From Amoebidium appalachense (lineage: Eukaryota; Protista; Ichthyosporea), in contig CAVNZM010000007.1 of NCBI GenBank assembly GCA_963693365.1, positions 4,399,962 through 4,463,961 of the forward strand: DNA of 64,000 nucleotides, in the 5' to 3' direction. A model generated the notes under the pieces. It did not search any database, was not told the DNA's origin, and saw only the letters and a list, made by a program, of their open reading frames with translations. Positions within the stretch are counted from its first letter, which is position 1; the number at the start of each line of letters is the position of its first letter. Both the position numbers and the translations under genes were made by a program. Shown here one piece after another: positions 58,172 through 64,000 of the stretch.

Positions 58172-58507
58172 GCCGTGCAGCCTGCGGCCCACCAGCCCAA
58201 CCAGCCGCACCACAGTGGCAGCCTGCTGCTGCGCCCTAGACAGCAGGCCGGCGCGTATGAAGGCGGCCGTGTTCAGGCCTGTGTGCGTCAACTAAGGGCT
58301 CACTGCAGTACGTGATGTATCAGTGGCGTGCACATGGCCCGGCACACACTGGCCCAGGCGTTCTAAGTGGACGCCCGGGTCAATTCTCTTTCCGACTTCG
58401 GTGTTCTGCATTTGAGTCCTCCGAGCTGAGTCAGCTCCGAGCCTCCGAGGTTCCAAGTGCAGCAGCAACCTCAAAGATGGCATGTGAGCCACCCTTTGTG
58501 CAGGCAG

Positions 58508-58541
58508 CCAATAACTACATACGACGTATGGCCATATAAGG
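58508..58541 (+). promoter_or_regulatory. CCAAT + CArG (CCATATAAGG) in the OGG1/PINX1 bidirectional promoter
   Basis: CCAAT 58508-12, CArG 58532-41. Confidence 0.45.
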
Positions 58542-58746
58542 TAACTAAGCGATAAGCCGCCAACCAGAAGTTCGTGTGCGGTTGTACACGTGCACGGTGC
58601 AGAGCTTGCAGTCTAAGTTGCAGAGCATCCTCGGAACCAGACTGGTGTTAGTAGTGTAGGGAGTAGAGTAACATAGTGTCCAAGCTACTATTGCCAAGCA
58701 CACTCGGTTAGGTTAAAGTCGGCGTGTGCTGGGCACAGACGGCAAC

Positions 58747-60626
58747 ATGGCGCTTGCGGAGCCACGGCGGCGCAGCAAGCTCAGCCAGGACCCCAACAAC
58801 ACTGCCTGGGGCACGGACACGGAGCGCTATGGGCACAAGCTGCTGGAGAAGATGGGCTGGAGCAGCGGCAGCGGGCTGGGCCGCAACAAGGACGGGCGCA
58901 CCAGCCACGTCAAGGTGCGCGTCAAGAACAACAGCCTGGGCGTGGGCGCGCAGCAGAAACACGACGACAACTGGCTGGAGCTGCAGGCGTCCTTCAACAA
59001 CCTGCTGGAAAACCTGGCCACCGCACACACAGCAGGTCCGCACCACCCTTCCCGGGCCCTCCTCACCCCCCTACCTGCAACTGGAATGCTCACATCCGCC
59101 CCCACAGGTGTCGATCAGAGCGCCCTGCCTGCACGGTCTCGCCTGGAGGAGAAGGCCGGCGCATCAAAACGCATGTTGTAAGTCTGCTGCAGGAGAGTTT
59201 TGGAGTTTCGAGTCTGTGTAAGAGATTGTATGGCTGACATTACCGTGCCTGTGTGTGTTCATGTGTTCGTGGGAGCGTGCAGGTGGGAGTGGGTTTGCAA
59301 TATTTTTGTGGCACTTATTCAGTTGTGTGGTAACAGTGGGTTGCAGGATGGTTCGTTTTGAGGTGTGATGGCTGCAACCCGGTAGGGTGTGCTGGTGGTG
59401 CTTGCTGCAGGTCCGTGTGGTGGGACGAGTGTAAGCAGGTTGGATGGTGGCGTGTGGGAGGGGGCTGAATATGCAAGTGTTAGTGTGTGAGGCCACATGG
59501 GTGGAGCACACAGTGACAGAGGGGGGGGCACAGCTACAGCCGGTTTGTGCGCAGCAAGGACACCAGCAAATACAGCGACAGCGACATGGCCTCCATCCTG
59601 GGCTCACGCACACAGAGCCCTGCCGCCAGCGAGCCGACCACTGACACGGAGGAGAACGTGACCAGTGTGCCCACCACCACGAGCAGCATGAGCATCAGCG
59701 ACTACTTTGCCATGAAGATGGGTACGTGCCGCCCCTGTTCAGGCCTCCTGTGGATGGGAAACGGACTGTGGCGGGGGAACGGGCTGCAGGCTGGGGCTGG
59801 AGGGGGGCATGGAGGCAGTTGGGGCTTGAACTGTAATTATGTGTGTGTGTGTATACACATATATATTCGGAGAAGGTGGTTGAAGGAAAGGAAAACAGTG
59901 TGGCTGTAGTGGAGTGAAAGCCTGACTAAGCTGGCTTGGTGCTAGTGGTGGTAGTCTGGGGGACAGGGGCAGAGGGAGGAGGGTAGGGGGATGCTGCCGT
60001 GTGGTCTGCATGATTGCTGGCACTGACTGGGGCACCCACAGCCCAGCGCAAATCCAGCCAGGCACCGGGCGACAACCAGCAGCAGGTATGGGTGGTGGCC
60101 GCAGGGCATAGGCCCCGTGCACGCGATAATGCATACAGAACTTATAGTACTGCAGTAATGCACACACAACCTGCCACCAACCGCAATATTGCACATACAA
60201 CTTCATGCCTATGTTGCCACATCCATGTGCATAACACCGAACACCGTCCAGGCATTACGCAAGCACTTACATGTAGGCGCACAGCATACATGCCACGTGC
60301 ACGTACATTAAAACACAGGGGAGGCATGTGACGTACCACACTCACACAAACACACATTGCTTGTACATGCTAGCAAACACCTGCATTCACCTGAGCTCAT
60401 GCACAGTACTTCTGAATGGAACATACACACTGACAAGGGTGAGGCCTCACACCAGGCATGCATGCGTGCACATGTGTTGGGCCCGTGGAGGTCGTAGAGT
60501 TGGAGCAGCTACTGCAGTTATTTTGTTTATTCTTTTTTTATTTTTGTCTTGTCTATCAGTATTTTAACTTGAACCATATGTAGGGGCGTGTGTTTGTGGG
60601 CGCGCATGCGCATGCGGGCGCGCGCA

Positions 60627-60698
<72 letters not shown>

Positions 60699-61599
60699 AC
60701 ACACACACACAAAAACACCATCCAGATGCACAAGCACGGCAAGGGGGCACACTGCACACCTACACGTGCACACACATGGCACAATGAAGACCTGCACTGT
60801 GAACCCACACAACCACAATGCATGGTCAGCCACCCGTGCATGCCTGTGCTGGCGCACACACCAACCGAGGCATGCCCCCGTACCTTGTGCAGGCCCCAAG
60901 CACAGGAGGCACCCATACATGGTCCATGTATGGACACGTATCTACCATCTCCCCCCCCCCCCCCCCCCCCCCCCCCTCCCCCCCCCCCCCCCCCCCCCCC
61001 CCCCTTGGGTCCTCCCTGAGGATGGGCTCTGCTTATGACGCATACTGTGCACATGGCTGATGTTGCATACTTGAATGTTTGCCTTTGCATGTGTCCTGCA
61101 CCATGCTTCTCGTCGTGTATGTGTACTTCGTACCGTGTTCCGCATTCAAACCCCCCCAGTCTTCTTTCAGAGGTGTCCTTTCAGGACAGACCACTGTGTG
61201 GAGACCGCTTTACTTCCATGCAACCGGCCATGGTTGCTCTGTGTCGTGCATCTGTAAGCACATACGCATTTTTCGCTGCACTGCATTAGTTTGCACACAC
61301 ATCTTCACCGTTTTGCTCACCTTGCTTGCATAAGCAACCCTGCTCGTCTTTGATCAAGACGGGTTGACCCGCCCAAGTTCAGTTGATGCTGCTGTCTGAG
61401 TTGGAGCGTCGTATATACGCGGGCTAAGGGGTCGAAACTCAGACGCAATTGATGACTTGGGTCCTCCCTGAGGATGGGCTCTGCTTATGACGCATACTGT
61501 GCACATGGCTGATGTTGTATACTTGAATGTTTGCCTTTGCATGTGTCCTGCACCATGCTTCTCGTCGTGTATGCGTCCTTCGTACCGTGTTCCGCATTC

Positions 61600-61637
<38 letters not shown>

Positions 61638-62523
61638 GGCCCCATATCCCACCCACAGCCACCCACCCACACACCTCCTTCCCAATAACACATTGACAGA
61701 AACGAGGCATCTGCAAGTGCCTCCGGCACATGCACACAAGCACACATCCACACGCACGGGTGCATATATTTTTGGCAAACCACCAGCATGGGCACATGAT
61801 GTGCACACACACACGTCAATGCCTGCAGCCAAGGCACTGACAGGAACATGGCAGGCCCCAGACCAGGCACAGGCAGATGAGGGGTCAGCATCTGGGGAGG
61901 AGGAAGGGCAGCAGGAGGAGGAGAGGAAGGGTGAGAAGGATGAGGAAGGGAAGGGCAAGAAGAGCAAGAAAGGAAAGAAGAGAAAGGGAGAGGAGGCAGA
62001 GGTGGCTACTGAGACAGGCAAAAAGAAGAAGAAGAGAAAGGAGGAGGACGAGTCAACCACTGAGGCAGGCAAAAAGAAGAAGAAGAGAAAGGAGGAGGAA
62101 GGGGAAGAGTTGGTTGTTGAGACAGGCAAAAAGAAGAAGAAGAGAAAGGAGGAGGAAGAAAAAGAGAAGAAGGGGGAGAAGTTGGCTACTGAGTCAGGCA
62201 AAAAGAAGAAAAAGGGAAAGGCGGAGAAGGAGGAAGAGTCAACCAGTGAAACAGGCAAAAAGAAGAAAAAGGGAAAGGCAGAGAAGGAGGAAAAGTCAAC
62301 CAGTGAAACAGGCAAAAAGAAGAAAAAGGGAAAGGCAGAGAAGGAGGAAGAGTCAACCATCGAGACAGGCAAAAAGGAGAAGAGTAAATCTGTGCAAGGC
62401 GAAGATGGCAAGGGAAATGTGAAAACAAGCAAGAAGGCCGGGAAGGAGGAGGGCAAAAAGAGGGCACGGGGGGACACGGACGGGGGGCAGGATGGGCCCA
62501 GCAAGAAGAAGCGCAAGGCCTAG
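58747..62523 (+). CDS. PINX1: PINX1/Pxr1 G-patch nucleolar protein, multi-exon
   Basis: LAEPRRR....DPNNTAW..D...YG.KLLEKMGW..G.GLG (G-patch), F..LL..L, LEEK, Y.RFVRSKD.S and S.SDYFAMKM; K/E-rich repetitive last exon ending KKKRKA*. Confidence 0.92.
61006..61600. repeat. Two 143-bp direct repeats (TG...CA) flanking about 310 bp in a PINX1 intron; TRIM/LTR-like
   Basis: 61006-61148 and 61458-61600 are nearly identical (about 3 substitutions). Confidence 0.8.
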
Positions 62524-62610
62524 CAGCCGGGCATCTTCTGCCCGACACTGGCAAGCAACTACATTCACGCATGCACTCTCACACATAAACACAAACCTTT
62601 TTCTCAGATA

Positions 62611-62646
<36 letters not shown>

Positions 62647-62962
62647 ACACCCCCTGCTTCTCCCTCTCGATCTCTCTATTTCTCGCTCGGCACGTATGGC
62701 TATTTGTGGTGGGGTGGCGGCTCAGTGGGCCGTAGATAGCATTTTTAGAGAGATGCTTTTTCTTCTTTTGCTTTTGTGTGTGTGTGTGTTTGTGTTACAG
62801 TGTGTTGGTGGGTGTGTGGGAGAATTTTTCTACACTGCCTCCAATATGTTCTTGAATGATGTATGAAACCATGATAGATTTTTTTGACTCTTGTATGCAA
62901 GATCGATATAGGGCTAGAGGTGACGTGTACAGGGCTGGCCTGTGACATGGTGCTAATAAAGA

Positions 62963-63230
62963 TTAGTGTTGGCTGGCTGCCCAGAATACAAGACCTGAGC
63001 CAATAATTTGTTGGATCCGGTGGCCTACCCGTGCCACACAGGGCCCAGTGCCAGGCGGCCCCATACACACGTGTGGCAGTGGGAGGACTGCGGTGTCCAT
63101 GCAGCCATAGGCCAGCAACTTGATGCTACTTATAGGGGTCACCGTGCTCGAGAAGGCTCGGCACGGCGCAAACAGGAAACACAGAGCGGACAGACAGAGC
63201 CGAAACACGGAGTTGAGGTGGGCCAGCCTA
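62963..63230 (-). CDS. Possible terminal exon of a gene continuing beyond the window
   Basis: Non-repetitive ORF (RLAHLNSVFRLCLSALCFLF...) after a TGTAG acceptor; no recognisable motif. Confidence 0.3.
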
Positions 63231-63684
63231 CATAACATACACCCAGCAACGTTAACAGCAAACGTATAGCAACAGGTAAACACAGCAGACACGAAGGCAC
63301 AAACAGGAATAAGTCTAAGTATGATACCAATCTACATTAAGTCTTTAACTACTATGTTCGCACACACACGCAGAATGTACCATACACACACTGTGACACA
63401 CAAACACACCGTACACGAGCACATACATCATACGTGTATACACACACACACAGTCACACACACACACACACACACACATACACACACACACACGTATGAT
63501 AAATTCACACACCCAAGTGTACACACACACATGCATAAGTTGGCTTACAAACACACACACACGTGTACACAACACACACACGTCACACACACACACACGC
63601 ACAAACACACACACATACATATAGGCTTAACTCACACAAAAACACACACACTGCTACACACAAGCGCACACACACACGTGTACA

Positions 63685-63826
<142 letters not shown>

Positions 63827-64000
63827 GAAAATATTGCACCAGCCCCTTCCAGATATTGCACCAGTTCCATAGCTGACTGCAGCCAGTGAGTTGCCTGTTT
63901 TTCTAACCCAAAAAATACAACCCCCGACCTAACGTCTGTGGATGCTGGGCACCCACATTGCTGAGACACATGATATCCTGAGTGGGGGTGTATTAAAGAT

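Noticed and set aside
61430-61480. Hammerhead ribozyme
   Set aside because: Core words are present and stem III is plausible, but stem I has only 4 nt and stem II does not pair; not supportable by eye.

Overview
Intron-rich, GC-rich eukaryotic genomic DNA, not prokaryotic. It is most likely a unicellular opisthokont/holozoan, inferred from SURF4, a PTB-like protein and microsatellite-filled introns. Most six-frame ORFs are artefacts of (CA)n/(GT)n/(CT)n and poly-G/C runs. Manual splicing gives about 13 multi-exon genes: PRP4 kinase (+), DDX59-like helicase (-), PSMG2 (+), a TIGR04283-like GT2 glycosyltransferase (-), a PTB-like protein (+), an F-box/Zn-ribbon protein (-), an unknown low-complexity protein (-), an ACC-synthase-like aminotransferase (+), CAMKMT (+), COPS8 (-), SURF4 (+), OGG1 (-) and PINX1 (+). 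Most sit in head-to-head pairs. The strongest observation is a U12-type AT-AC intron in CAMKMT (41216-41426), which implies a minor spliceosome. Other notable signals: U2 introns with a CTGAC branch point close to the AG and no polypyrimidine tract; minisatellites built from splice-site or stop-codon sequence; a recurring CCAAT + CArG module in upstream regions; a TA-flanked MITE; and a 143-bp direct-repeat element with a structured core. All identifications are from motif recognition by eye; no database searches were run.
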